From: Azolla caroliniana | Taxonomy: Eukaryota; Plantae; Polypodiophyta | DNA: 64,000 nt | Assembly (NCBI GenBank): GCA_043228905.1 | Contig: JBHGNT010000005.1 | Location: 18,414,001 to 18,478,000 of the forward strand | Direction: 5' to 3' | Shown here: positions 49,757 to 62,479 of the stretch, piece by piece | Position numbering within the stretch: the stretch's first letter is position 1 | Layout of the letters: each line of letters opens with the position of its first letter | Made by a program: the position numbers and the translations under genes | Notes under the pieces: generated by a model | Told to the model about the DNA's origin: nothing | Databases searched by the model: none | What the model saw: only the letters and a program-made list of their open reading frames with translations

Positions 49757-52700
49757 GTGCGGAATAGTGCTCGGCCACAACCGAGACTCAAACACTTTAT
49801 GAAAGAACAAAACAGAAATGGAGGTTCGTACACTTACACAGAAGAGACGACATAGGATGTTTACGTGGAAAGCCCTAATAGGGAAAAACCATGGGAGCCC
49901 ACAGACCCCAACTATCATTATACGAGAAAGGAGGTACAATAGGAGACTTAGAGGCAACGACCTCGAGATCTGTATCTTCACCAACCGACGGCTTCTCTTC
50001 TCCTTCTCTCTATACTAATATGATACAACTAACAACAACAACATTAACAACCTTACAAAGTGATTGCCCTAAGTCATATTTATACTTATATAACTTTAAG
50101 ACTATTTACAAAGATAGCCTTTACAGACACACCAAAAACATATTTGTTGATATGTCCCTAGATCCAGTTCACACCGGATTCATTCGGATACCTTCCGGTC
50201 TGGTTTAGTTGCTGCATCCGGTCCAATTCCTTCCTTCGGCTCGTCCGGATCCCATCCGGAGGGACTGAATTCCCAACAAACTCCCCCTTCACTCCGGCAT
50301 GGGATTTCTCGTTAGTCTGATCCGTCTCCAACACGTGTCTAGTTTGTCGGTTGACAGCACCTTGTTCATCATATCTGACCCGTTCTCCTCTGTGTGGATC
50401 TTTGTCAGCACGAAGTCTTGATCTTCTACCTTCTCCTGGAGCCAGTGATATCTTCTCTGGATGTGCTTGGTTTGGGAATGGTAGGCCTCATTCTTAGCAA
50501 GGTGGATGGCACTTTGGTTGTCGCAGTAGAGCCGGTATTGCTCCTATCGAATCCCTAGCTCTCCGATGAAGTCCTTCATCCAGATTACTTCCTTGCCGGC
50601 TTCCACAATTGCCATGCACTCCGCTTCCGTTGTTGACAATGCAACGGACTTTTGCAGTCTCGACTGCCACGATACGGCTCCCCCTGCATATGTCATGACG
50701 TATCCGGATGTGAACCAGCTGGTATTCGCATTAGTCGACATATACGAATCCATAAAGCCTTCCAGTTGGGGTTTACCTGACCCGAACCGGAGGCACATAC
50801 TCGAGGTGCCTTTCAAGTACTGGAGTATTCGCTTGACCGCATTCCAGTATTCTCTTCCCGGATTGCTCATGAACCGGCTGACCACTCTAATTGCGTATTG
50901 GATATCTGGTCGAGTGCACACCATTGCGTACATCAAGCTTTCGACGACATAGGCATATGGTATCTTCATCATATCTGATTTCTCTGCCTTTGTCTTCGGG
51001 CTCTGCTTTCCGGACAACTTTCAGTTTTCCGAAAGTGTCGACCCGACCGGCTTCACATCCGACCTGTTGAACCGTTTAAGCACCTTTGTCATGTACTTCT
51101 CCTGTGACAACCATAGCAATTTCTTCGACCGGTCCCGGATATGTGCATCCCCAGTATCTGTCTCGTCGGACCCAAATCTTTCATTGAGAAGGTTCGGTTC
51201 AAAGCCTTCTTCAGATTTTCGATTTTAGTTTGGTCCGGTCCAATGATCAACATGCCATCTACATACATTAGGAGTATCAAGAAGTCACCTCTGTCAAATT
51301 TCTTCACGAATACGCAGTGATCGGCTAGCGTCTTGTGGTACCCTTGGTCGATCATGAAGGAGTCGAACTTCCGGTACCATTGTCGGGGAGCTTGCTTCAG
51401 TCTGTATAAGCTCGCCTTCAACCGGCACACCAGGTGCTCCTTCCCTTTCTTCTCAAATCCTTCTGGTTGCTACATGTAGATCTCTTCTTCGAGGTCGCCA
51501 TGTAGGAATGTCGTCTTGACATCCGATTGCTCTACCTCGAGGTCCATGCTTGCCACTATGCTCAACACCGTCCGAATGGATGTCATCTTTACTACCGAGG
51601 CAAAGATCTCGTCGAAATCCACTCCTTTCTTCTGTTGAAAGCCCTTCACCACAATATGGGCCTTGTACCTCAGTGGATTTCCGGCGTCTCCCAGTTTCAT
51701 CTTGTACACCCACTTGTTCCGGAGTGCCCTCTTTCCTTTCGGCAACTTCGTCAATTCGTATGTTTGGTTCTCATGCAGGGAATCCATCTCGTCCTACATG
51801 GCACTCAACCACTTGCGGATGTGGGTGTCTTTCTGTCAAAGTAATTGTGCGGAAGCGTTTGACAAACCGGCTCAGCCGGATAGCAACAGAAAATGGGATG
51901 AAGGTTTAATGGAGAAGCTTAATACACAGAGAGTATACGCGGGAGAGATAGAGAGAGCAGAACGTTAATGTAGATTCAAAAAATAAAAACACTATGTATA
52001 TACAACGTGCTAAACAACACTATTTATACAAGTCCTCAAAAGCACTGATAGAAGTACTATGTACTTCAATGCTCATACGAGCGACTGACATTAACTACGA
52101 GACAATGATTACCTAGTAGTCTAGGCTACTACTAGGCTTCCGGTTCGCACTTGAATCCGACTCTCCGATCCGTCTCCTCGATCCGGCCGGTTGTTTCCGG
52201 CTCTCCGTTCTGGATACCGATCTGGATCCGATTGAGCTTGTTCGCTCAACACTTTCTTTGCTTCTTCAAAGCTTTCAGGCTCTCCCTCATCGGTCAACAA
52301 TATGTTCTCTGCATCCGGAAATCTCCGGGGGGCTCTTCTCTCTCTGAGAGGGTATCTCTGTCCTTGGTCTTCAACTACTGGTTCCTCCATTTGTTCTTCA
52401 TTTGAATCTGATTCGGGGTCTTGACCGGTTTCGGTTTCTAAAACTTTTTCTTTGGTAGGTCCAGATTCTTGTCCAACTCTGACCGGTTCTTCGAGTGTCA
52501 TTCGGCTTCCGTCCGCATGAGTCCTTGTGTCTTTAGACCAATCTCTGTCGGTCAATCCGGAATCCGCTATCTTCTTCTTCGACTCCCAGTCGACAATAGT
52601 CTTGTGTTCCATGAAGACTATGTCTCGACTCCGGAACACCTTCTTCTCGACCAAGTCCCACACTCGGTAGCCGAACTCATCATTGTCATATCCAAGGAAT

Positions 52701-54982
52701 ATGCATGGTCGGGACTTCGGATCCAACTTTGCTATCTTATCCTTTGCAACATGCACATAAGCGAGACAACCGAATACCTTCAGATGCCGGTAAGACACGT
52801 CTTTAACGGTCCATACTCTCTGTGGTGTGTCTCCTTCCAAGGGCGTTGTGGGTGGTCTGTTAATCACATACATCGCTGTCATCAGCGCCTCAGCCCAAAA
52901 CATCGTGGATAACTTTGCATGTGCTAACATGCTTTGGACTCTCTCCATTATGGTCTGGTTCATCCATTCAGCCAACCCGTTCAATTCCGGCATCTTTGGC
53001 ACGGTGAATTTGAGTCATATTCCCTTCAACCGGTAGTACTCCTCGAACTGCCCCCAATATTCGCCTCTGTTATTTGCTCGAACTGGCTTTAGCTTCCAAC
53101 CGGTTTCGCATTCCACTCTCGTGTGGAGCTCCTTCAAGACAGACAACACCTAATCCTTCATCTTCAACAGTGAGACCCACAACTTCAGGCTATGGTCATC
53201 TATGAACGCCACGAAGTACTGAGATCCGGCATGTGACTTCATGTCCACTTGACACACATCGGTATGCACCAGCTCCAGTTATGCATTCCGTCTCATTGGT
53301 GGTCTTGATCGGAAGGAGGTTCAGTTTTGCTTGCCGGCCAAGCAATCGATGCACTTCTCAAGATGCACGTCTTTCACCTCCGGAATGAGGTTATCTTCGC
53401 CAAGTCTTCTCATCCCCTTCTGGCTCATATCACACAGTCTCTTGTGCCACAACTCACTGGCATTGTCAGATGCTACGTTCACTTCTTCCCGGCATATCCG
53501 GGCGTGCATCAAGTACAATGTGTTGATCTTCCGGGCTTGAGCCACGATCAGGCTTCCTTTGCTGAATTTCATGACTCCGTTCCAGATGCTACCCGTGTAG
53601 CCTTCATCATCTAGCCGACCGACTGATATCAGGTTCAACCGGTTGATGTCGTCAAACACATCTCCTATGCCGACAATTAGGCATGACCCTTCATTCCCCA
53701 TCTGGACACAACAGAGATCTCTAGCTCTATAGGACTAGAAGCATTTCTGTCCAGTGTCAAGTGGAACAGTGCTCCGGAATTGACAACCCATGTTTTCTCG
53801 TCGCCGACAAGGTTTAACTCATTCTCCTTGGTGATGAGAAACAGTTCTTCTTCACTTGTCGCGATCATCGACGTTCCTTTCCAATTCGGACCTCTCCAAA
53901 CCTCTCCGGTCCGAACCATTTCGGTCCGAACACTTCTTCGAATCGGTGGTGTCGGACCCTTTCTCTTTCCGGAAATGCTGATAGTTCTTCTGGAAGTGCC
54001 CCGACTTCCCACAGTAGAAGCAAGTAGGCCTCCCCCTTGACTTTGATCTCGTCCCCGATTTGTCCCGATTTTGGGGACTCCAATTTCAGCCTCTTCCCCA
54101 GTTTTGGTCATCTTCCGTAACCAAAGCCTTCGAGCTGGTTCTGGATTCCCAATCCTTCTGGCAAGCTTCTTCATCTAGCAAGCTTGATTTTACCCTTGCT
54201 AGGGACAACTACTTTCCTTCCAGCCCGACATTGCCCAACGTGACAACTAGCGTCTCCCAACTATCCGGGATGGAACCGAGCAGGAATGCAAGTACCTCAT
54301 TGGCCAGAGGTACTTCAAACGAAGTTGTTTGATTTATAAGCCCCTGGAATGCGTTCATGTGCTCCGTCATGCTGGATCTGTCCTAGTATTGAAGTCTCAC
54401 TAACTTTCGGAATACTAAAACCCGATTTACGACATTTTTGCTCTCTAGCATGGTGCCGATTTTCTCCCAAAGCACATGAGCCTTACTTTCTTCATTGAAG
54501 TTGTTGTACATGCTCATGTCGATGAAGCACCATATGTATGCCATCATCTTCATGTGCATCACCTCCCATGTCGTGACATCTATCTTGTCCGGTTTCTTAT
54601 CCCCGAACTGTACTAGCAGTTAGAGATCTTTGACCACGAACATGTCCCTCATCTTCAACTTCCACACTGGGTAGTTGGAGCTAGTGAGCTTGAACATGCT
54701 TCCGAATGACTCTTCCATTTTCTTGTTCATTCTGATACCAGTTTGTGTGGAATAGTGCTCGGCTACAACCGAGACTCAAACACTTTATGAAAGAACAAAA
54801 CAGAAATGGAGGTTCGTACACTTACATAGAAGAGACGACACAGGATGTTTATGTGGAAAACGTTAATAGGGAAAAACCGCAGGAGCCCACAGACTCCAAC
54901 TATCACTATACGAGAAAGGAGGTATAACAAGAGACTCAGAGCCAATAACCTCGAGCTCTGTATCTTCGCCAATCGACGACTT

Positions 54983-55036
<54 letters not shown>

Positions 55037-55291
55037 CTACTAAGATACAACTAACAACAACAACATTAACAACCTTACAAAGTGATTGCCCTAAGGCATA
55101 TTTATACTTATATGACTTTAAGACTATTTACAAAGATAGCCTTTCAAGGCACACCAAAAACATATTTGCATATATGTCCTTGGATCCGGTTCACACCGGA
55201 TCCATCTGGATACCTTCCGGTTCGGTCTAATTGCTGCATCCGGTTCGGTTCCTTCCTTCGGCTCGTTCGGATCTCATCCGGAGTCCCAACA
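49756..55291 (-). mobile_element. Full-length degenerate Ty1/Copia (Tnt1/Tork-like)
   Basis: LTRs 49756-50278 and 54744-55291 (TG...CA). TSD AGAAT on both sides. PBS TGGTATCAGA (tRNA-iMet) at 54731-54740. PPT GAAGGGGGAG. gag-PR-INT-RT-RH fragments. Confidence 0.95.
51834..52251. mobile_element. Solo LTR (418 bp) inserted in the Copia INT-RT linker
   Basis: TGTCAAA...TCAACA ends. TSD CTTTC at 51829-33 and 52252-56. Host reading EEAKK|DTHIRKW is restored when it is removed. Confidence 0.88.
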
Positions 55292-56980
55292 AGAATGATG
55301 ATAAGAGATGATATATTATATGAAGAGTAAGTACAATAATAGCTAGGAGGCTTAAGACTAGCGTTGAACCGAATTGGTTCGAAATAATGCCTTGTGCCTC
55401 TTTTTATAGTGCTGTCAGGAGTACTCCTGAAGTTTCTAGAGTGTTCCAGACAAATCTGGAATATACATCAATTTTCTATAGTGAAATAATAAATGAAAAC
55501 AATATTCTTTTTATTATAATGTATAACTTAATGGTAGGGCTTTAACCTATGTAACACAAAGTCATGGGTTCAAATCCTTTTAATGCCATACCATGCTATA
55601 TCATGACACTATCCCCCCCTTTAAACGACGAGTGTTACGAGTCTTAAGCCTCCTAACTATTCTTGTACTTACTCTTCATATAATATATCACCTGTTATCA
55701 TCATTCTCTCTCTCCCTCTTTCTCTTTGTCGTGAGTCTTACACACTCCCTTCCTCTTAGTACTAATCCTCATAGTACTTTCCTTCTCTAGTATTAATTCT
55801 CTCTCAGTTTTTAGTACTATTCCTGACAGTTTGAACCGAATTGGTTCGAAATAATGCCTTGTGCCTCTTTTTATAGTGTTGTCAGGAGTACTCCTGAAGT
55901 TTCTAGAATGTTCTAGAGAAATCTGGAATATACATCAATTTTCAATAGTGAAATAATAAAGGAAAAATATATTCTTTGTATTACAATGTATAGCTTAATG
56001 ATAGAGCTTCAACCTATGTTACACAAGGTCATGGGTTTAAATCCTTTTAATGTCATACCATGCTATATCATGACACTGGGTAGCTAAGGTCAGGTTGAGT
56101 GATCATGAGATAGATGAGGCTCTCGATCACTTGTTGATACTAAGTCGGCTCACACTCTTCTATGCCGGAGTCGACAATTAGCTTCAGGTTCCGATCGAGA
56201 TGGGTTGCCAAAAACTTACACTTAGTCATCCTGAACTTGTATAACAAGTTAAGGATGTAGTGTCGTTGAGAGATCATAATGCCAGTTGGAGTTTGAATTA
56301 CCTCAATGCCAAGGAAGTAATGGAGCTCTTTCATGTTTGTCATCTCGAATTTGCTGGAGAGGAGGGACTTGGCCTTGTTGATGTCGACTAGATGTTTACC
56401 TCCAATGACCATATCATCCACATAAAGGATGATGACAATCAGACTTCCTGAATTGCTTCTTTTGTAGAGAGAGTTGTCGGATTTTGACATTTGGAAGCTG
56501 ATTCAATGAAGATATTGTGTTAACTTTGAATGCCAAGCACGTGGTGCTCGCTTAAGGTTGTAGAATGGCTTCTTTAATCGGCAAACTGCTTTCGGATGGA
56601 TGTTGGATTCGAAGTTGGGTGGTTGTATCATGTACACCTCCTCTTCTAAATCGCCTTGAAGAAAGGAGTTCTTGACATCCATTTGGTGGAGGTGCCACCC
56701 TTTCGCCACTGCAAGTTCGGGTCGATTGGAAATGATTTGGGAGGAGTCGGCTCCAGTTCGTACCATGATGCCAATTCGTCAAAGACGACATCCTGACTTA
56801 CACGAACCTTCCTAGTAGAGGGGGTTGAAGCACTTGTACCCATTTTGCTCCAGTGAGTACCCTATGAGGGTACACTTCTCCGACTTGAGATCTAGCTTTT
56901 ACCACTTTTTGTTGGGAATATGCACATATGCAATTGAGTCGAATATCCTTGCATGGGATAGGTCCGACTTCTTTCCATAA

Positions 56981-59900
56981 TGTTGAGAGATCAAGCTCAA
57001 CTTAGTTTAGTTAGTTAGTCAACCATGTAACTTCGTAGTTACATAGATAGAATCTAGTTAGAAGTGTTGACTATAACGACTTAAATAGGACCTTGTACTT
57101 AAGTAGGATATTCTAGATCCTCCATTCCCAAGGTCATTTAATATAGGACTTACACCGTTCTACCTATATTCTCCTCACACATGTGCACCCTCGCACATGA
57201 GATCTATAATACCTCATTGATGGTATTTTTGTATTTGATGATGATAATGTTAATTTAATATAGTTACTCATCACCCATCTTGTGTTGTTCATAAGTGTAT
57301 CTCTCTCTCTCTCTCTTCTTCTCACACACATACACACTCATATCACTTAATCTTCCGATTATCAATTAATCACATAATTAGGTATTAATTAACCCACCCT
57401 TAATTACTTACCTAATTCTTAACATGGTATCAAAGCGAGTGGTTTAGAAAATCCAGTAAGCCCACCCAACTTCGTGATTGTGTGTTCGAGACACCGATGA
57501 CAAAATCCGGCTATTGGCTATCGTAGTGCCACTACGTAGCACGTGTACGTGATCGAAGGAAAAAAAGCAAAAGAAGAGAAGACACCAATCAACATGAACA
57601 CACAAATGGGTAGCTCACTCCCTAGTGAAAAGCTAGACCGGAGCAATTATTCATCTTGGGAGTACAAGATGACCCAATACCTCGTCGGCCAAGGGTATTG
57701 GAGTACATCAACAACGCTCAAGAAAATTGACCCAACACAAAGAATGCCAACTACGCAACATGGGAGCAAGTGGCTAGTCGAGTCATGTATTGCTTTGCAA
57801 CATGTGTCCATGACCACATGCTTAGCCATATTCGAGACGCCAAGATGCCTAAAGAAGCATGGGCGAACTTAAAGAAAATGTTCGCCACCAACACAACCGC
57901 CCGAAAGCTTCAACTCCGACAAGAGTTGAATAACATTCGACAAAAACACATGTCCGTGTCGGACTACACCGCCAAGATCAAGAGCATTTGCGACTCACTT
58001 GGCTCCATCAACATAAACGTCGACGAAGACAAGATGGTTCAAGTATGTTTGGGCAGCCTCACACAACGATTCAATTCATTACGGACGACAATCTTGGTGA
58101 GAGAAAACCCTCCTTCATTCTTCGACCTCCAATCAATGCTATTGGTCGGAGAGAACCACGTCCGAACCGAAAGCAAGACGTTGGAAGGACAAATGTTCTT
58201 CTCGAATTCGGACGGTGGCCGAGGAGGAGGTCACGGTGGTAGAAGAGGCCAATTTGGCCCATCACACGAAGGAAACTCAAACCTTCGCGGAAGCCATCAA
58301 GGAACCTTCGGAAGAAGGGGGAGCTTCCACGCCAAACATGGTCGCAAATGAGGCCCGCAACTTGCAATTATTGCGGCAAAATCGGCCACTACGAGGCGGA
58401 GTGTCGAAAAAAGAGAAGTGAGTCAGGTTCAACAAGTCGACAACTCACAAACTACGCATCGAACTCCGACTACGACAATCATAGCAGAATGTTCACGAAT
58501 CACGCATTGAATTCCGACTACGACAATCGTAGTGAAATGTTTACAAATTATGCCACGAATTCCGACTACGGCAACCGTGGCGGAATGTTCGTAATGAGGC
58601 ATAGAGCAAACTCTATGTCGGTCTCCGACTCCGCAAGCACCTCCAACTCGGAAGACGTGTGGTTCGTTGATTCCGGCGCCTCACATCATATGATGTCACA
58701 CCAAAAGTGGTTTCGTGACTTACGAATGCCAGACCGACCCGGCTTCATAGAAACGGGAGACGACACCACACATCCCATTTGGCACATCGGCAATGTCCCA
58801 TTCGGGAAAGAAGGCGAGCAAACCTGCATCAAGAATGTATTGCATGTGCCCACAATAACGAAGAATTTGGTCTCGGTCAGCCAAATCGCAGAGCAAGACA
58901 TGCAAGTCCGCTTCAACAACGAAGGTTGTTTCATCGAGAAAGATGGCCGACTCATAGCCAAGGGACAGAGAGACGGTCGCATGTTCATCCTCGATTCAAA
59001 CAAGGTGAAATTGGCTATGTATGCCAAAGGTCTCAAAACTGAGACAAACATCGAGTTGTGGCACAAGAGAATCAGCCACATAAACCTCCAATGGCTTCGA
59101 GCGATGCAAACAAAGGGAGTCGTCATCGGACTTCCGACATTCAAGTCGAAACGAGTCGACCGAGTATGCGAAGCGTGTCAACTCGGCAAACAACATCGAC
59201 TCCCATTCCCGAAGGAGAGCTACGCGAGCAAAGGCCTCGTCAACGTCATACACTCGGATGTATGGGGACCGGCTCAAACGCTGACGTTCGGCGGATGCCG
59301 ATACTATGTAACCTTCATCGACGACTACTCGCGCTACGCGTGGATCTACCCGATGAAGAAGGAAAGCGAAGTGCTCTCCCACTTCCAAAAGCTCAAGGGC
59401 CAAGTCGAGAAAGAAACCAGTCATCACATTCGATGCCTACGATCGGATAGAGGCAAGGAGTACTTTCTCCGATGAATTCACCTCCTACCTCCAAAGTGAA
59501 GGCATTCGGAGAGAATTCTCGTGCCGACACACACCCCAACAAAATGGAGTAGCTGAAAGGAAGAATCAACAAATACTCGAGGTAGCACGCGCCATGATGC
59601 ATGAGAAGCACATGACGAACTTCTATTGGGCCGACGCGGCATCCATGACTGTCTATCTCATGAACCGGTGCACCACCAATGGAGTCCATGAGCTAACTCC
59701 CTACGAGCTCCTCGTCGGAAGGAAGCCGATCTTGTCACACCTCAAGGTGTTCAGAAGCATTGCAAATGTACGCATCCTGAACGAACAACGACAAAAGCCC
59801 GACGTGAAGTCAGAGGAATGTATCCTCATAGAATACTCGTATGAAAAGAAGGCATACAAGTGCTACAACCCTTCTATCTTAGCGGTTCAGGTAAGTCGAG

Positions 59901-60887
59901 ACGTAGTCTTCGACGAGTCCGCATCCTGGTACGCACCAGAGACAACTTACACTCCGACTCCGTTCGACCCGGAATCCGCCGAAAAAGAGGTAGAAGATGG
60001 AGATCGCTTCAAACACATGTTCGAAGAAAGTCTGATTACGACAAATCCTAGTGGGCCACAACAGCCCCCACATGACCCAAGCACGTCGCAGCTAAGTACG
60101 AACTTGGACAAAGGTAAAGGTAAGATGCCCAAATACGAAGTCAATCACCCCGATGATAGTGATTCGGATGTGTCGGCTCCCTTACTAGATAGTGAGTTCG
60201 GTGTATCCATCATGCGGACACCCGGAGTAAAGAAGGCGCTCACATCGGCGAGCGAAAAACTTCGACGCTCATCTAGAGCTACGAACCCCGTCACTTGGTA
60301 TGGCTACAATGAGTACATGGCCCATCATTACGCCTTCGCGATGAAGGTAACGGCTGAACAAGAGCTCAAGAGCTCCACCGAAGCAGCTCGTAACCCACGA
60401 TGGGTGGAAGTAGTCGACCTTCGCCCACACTACAAGCCTTCATCACCGGCTTGAGGGGGAGGAACCAAGATTGCCACGATGAAGAAAGCCGAAGGCTGGA
60501 CAAAAGCACACGAAGCCGACAAAAGCCAAAACGGATGTCGGACGCCTCACACTTGAGCTTGAGGGGGAGTGTTGAGAGATCAAGCTCAACTTAGTTTAGT
60601 TAGTTAGTCAACCATGTAACTTCGTAGTTACCTAGAAAGAATCTAGTTAGAAGTGTTGACTATAACGACTTAAATAGGACCTTGTACTTAAGTAGGATAT
60701 TCTAGATCTTCCACTCCCAAGGTCATTTAATATAGGACTTACACGGTTGTACCTATATTCTCCTCACACATGTGCACCCTCGCACATGAGATCTATATAT
60801 ACCTCATTGATGGTATTTTTGTATTTGATGATGATAATGTTAATTTAATATAGTTACTCATCCCCCATCTTGTGTTGTTCATAAGTG

Positions 60888-60929
<42 letters not shown>

Positions 60930-61034
60930 TCTCACACACATACACACTCATATCACTTAATCTTCCGATTATCAATTAATCACATAATTAGGTATTAATT
61001 AACCCACCCTTAATTACTTACTTGATTCTTAACA
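56981..61034 (+). mobile_element. Copia element with gag-PR-INT but RT/RNaseH deleted
   Basis: LTRs 56981-57424 and 60570-61034. TSD CATAA. PBS TGGTATCAAAGC 57425-57436. PPT TTGAGGGGGAG. ORFs 57770-58351, 58348-59475 and 59594-60454. The sequence jumps from RWVEV to the 3' end at ~60415. Confidence 0.95.
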
Positions 61035-62043
61035 CATAATACTTCTCGTGAGGAGTGACCTCATGCACACCGGATGTTGTGCACCGTTTGTAGGTTCTGC
61101 CCAATATGACTTGGACATATGCTTCTTGTTCAGCATGGCCCTTGCGACTTCGAGGATGTGCCAATTCTTGCGTTCGGCTACATTGTTCTATTGCGATGTG
61201 TGTTGGCAAGTGAATTCTCGCTGAATTCCTTCCTGTCAAAGGTATGCCATGAATGCATCGGAGAAGTATTCCTTTCCTACATCGTACATGGCGACTAGTT
61301 GTCTTTTCGACTTCACTTTTGAATATTTGAAAGTGTGTAAACACTTCGCTCTTCATCCTCATGTGAAAGATCCATGTCTATCTAAAGAAGTCGTCAATGA
61401 AGGTTACATAGTACCGACATCCTCCGAGTGTGGATGTCTGTGCCAGTCCCCACACATCCAAGTGGACTATGTCCAATAGGCCTTTGCTCACGTTCCTCTC
61501 TTCCGGGAACGAGTGTCGATGTTGCTTGCCGAATTGGCATGCTCCACATACTCCATTGATTTCCTTTCCTTTAAATGTAGGGAGTCTGATGACTACTCCT
61601 TTTGGTTGCATCCCCTTGAGCTTGTGGAGGTTGATATTGCCGATTCTTTTGTGCCATAGCTCTATGTCGGTGTCGACTTTGAGACCCTTTGCAAACATGG
61701 CCGATTTCACCTCGTTCGACTTGAGGAGAAACATTCAACCTTCCCTTCCACCCCGAGTGATGATTCGATCTTCCTTCTCGATGAAGCAACCACCTTGGTT
61801 GAATCTAACTTGCATCCCTTGCTCCACAATTTGGTCGATCGAGACAAAATTTTTCGTTATGGTCTGTACATGCAAGACATTTTTTATGCAAGTTTGTTCG
61901 TCGTCTTTCCCGAATGGGACATTACTGACATGCTGAATCGGATGAGTGGTGTCGTCTCTGTCCTCGACATAACTAGGTCGATCCGGCTCTCGAAGGTCTT
62001 GGAAGCATTCTTGATGGGACGTCATATGGTTCGAGGCACCGGA

Positions 62044-62479
62044 TGTCATGAACAGTACTGAGACAGAGAAGGAATTAGTACTAAACGAAGGATTAGTACT
62101 ATGAGAGGTGTGGAACTTCTTCGAGAGAAGGAAGAAGTGAGTGAGACAGAGAGAAAGAGAGAGATCGAGAGAGAGAGAGAGTGATGATAAGAAAGATATG
62201 TATTATATGAAGAGAATATACAATGGTGGCTAAAAGGCTTAAGACTGGTGTTGAACCAATTTTGTTCAACATAATGCCTAGTGCCCTCTTTTATAGTGTT
62301 TTCAGGAGTAATCCTGAAGCTTCTAGAATGTTCCAGAGAAATCTGGAATATACACTAATTTCCTATAATAAAATGTAAATGAAAATAATATCCTAAGTAT
62401 TACAATAGATTATCCAATGGTCAAGAGCTCGACCCATATAACCTAAGGTCATGGGTTCGAGTCTTGCCATATCATGACA
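62044..62479 (-). repeat. Chromovirus 3' LTR (third family member)
   Basis: TGTCATG...CATGACA ends, homologous to 14628-15073, with PPT adjacent at 62480-62493. Confidence 0.92.

Larger units (their letters stand above)
49623..56075 (-). mobile_element. Non-autonomous chromovirus mini-element (~0.9 kb without the nested Copia) with inverted R-U5
   Basis: 3' LTR 49623-49755 plus 55297-55608; PPT 55609-55623; inverted R-U5 55640-55828; PBS 55829-55838; U3 55839-56075. TSD CCGGG (49618-22) / CTGGG (56076-80). Confidence 0.85.
49471..62043 (-). mobile_element. Fragmented host Copia (PR-INT-RT) carrying nested insertions at 49623-56075 and 56981-61034 and cut at 62044
   Basis: Segments 61040-62043 (SGASNHM, CGACQFGKQHR, DVWG), 56081-56975 (RVSQDVVFDE, HQMDVKNSFL, LYVDDM) and 49471-49622 (KGYTNAD). 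Same lineage as 6318-16077. Confidence 0.85.
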
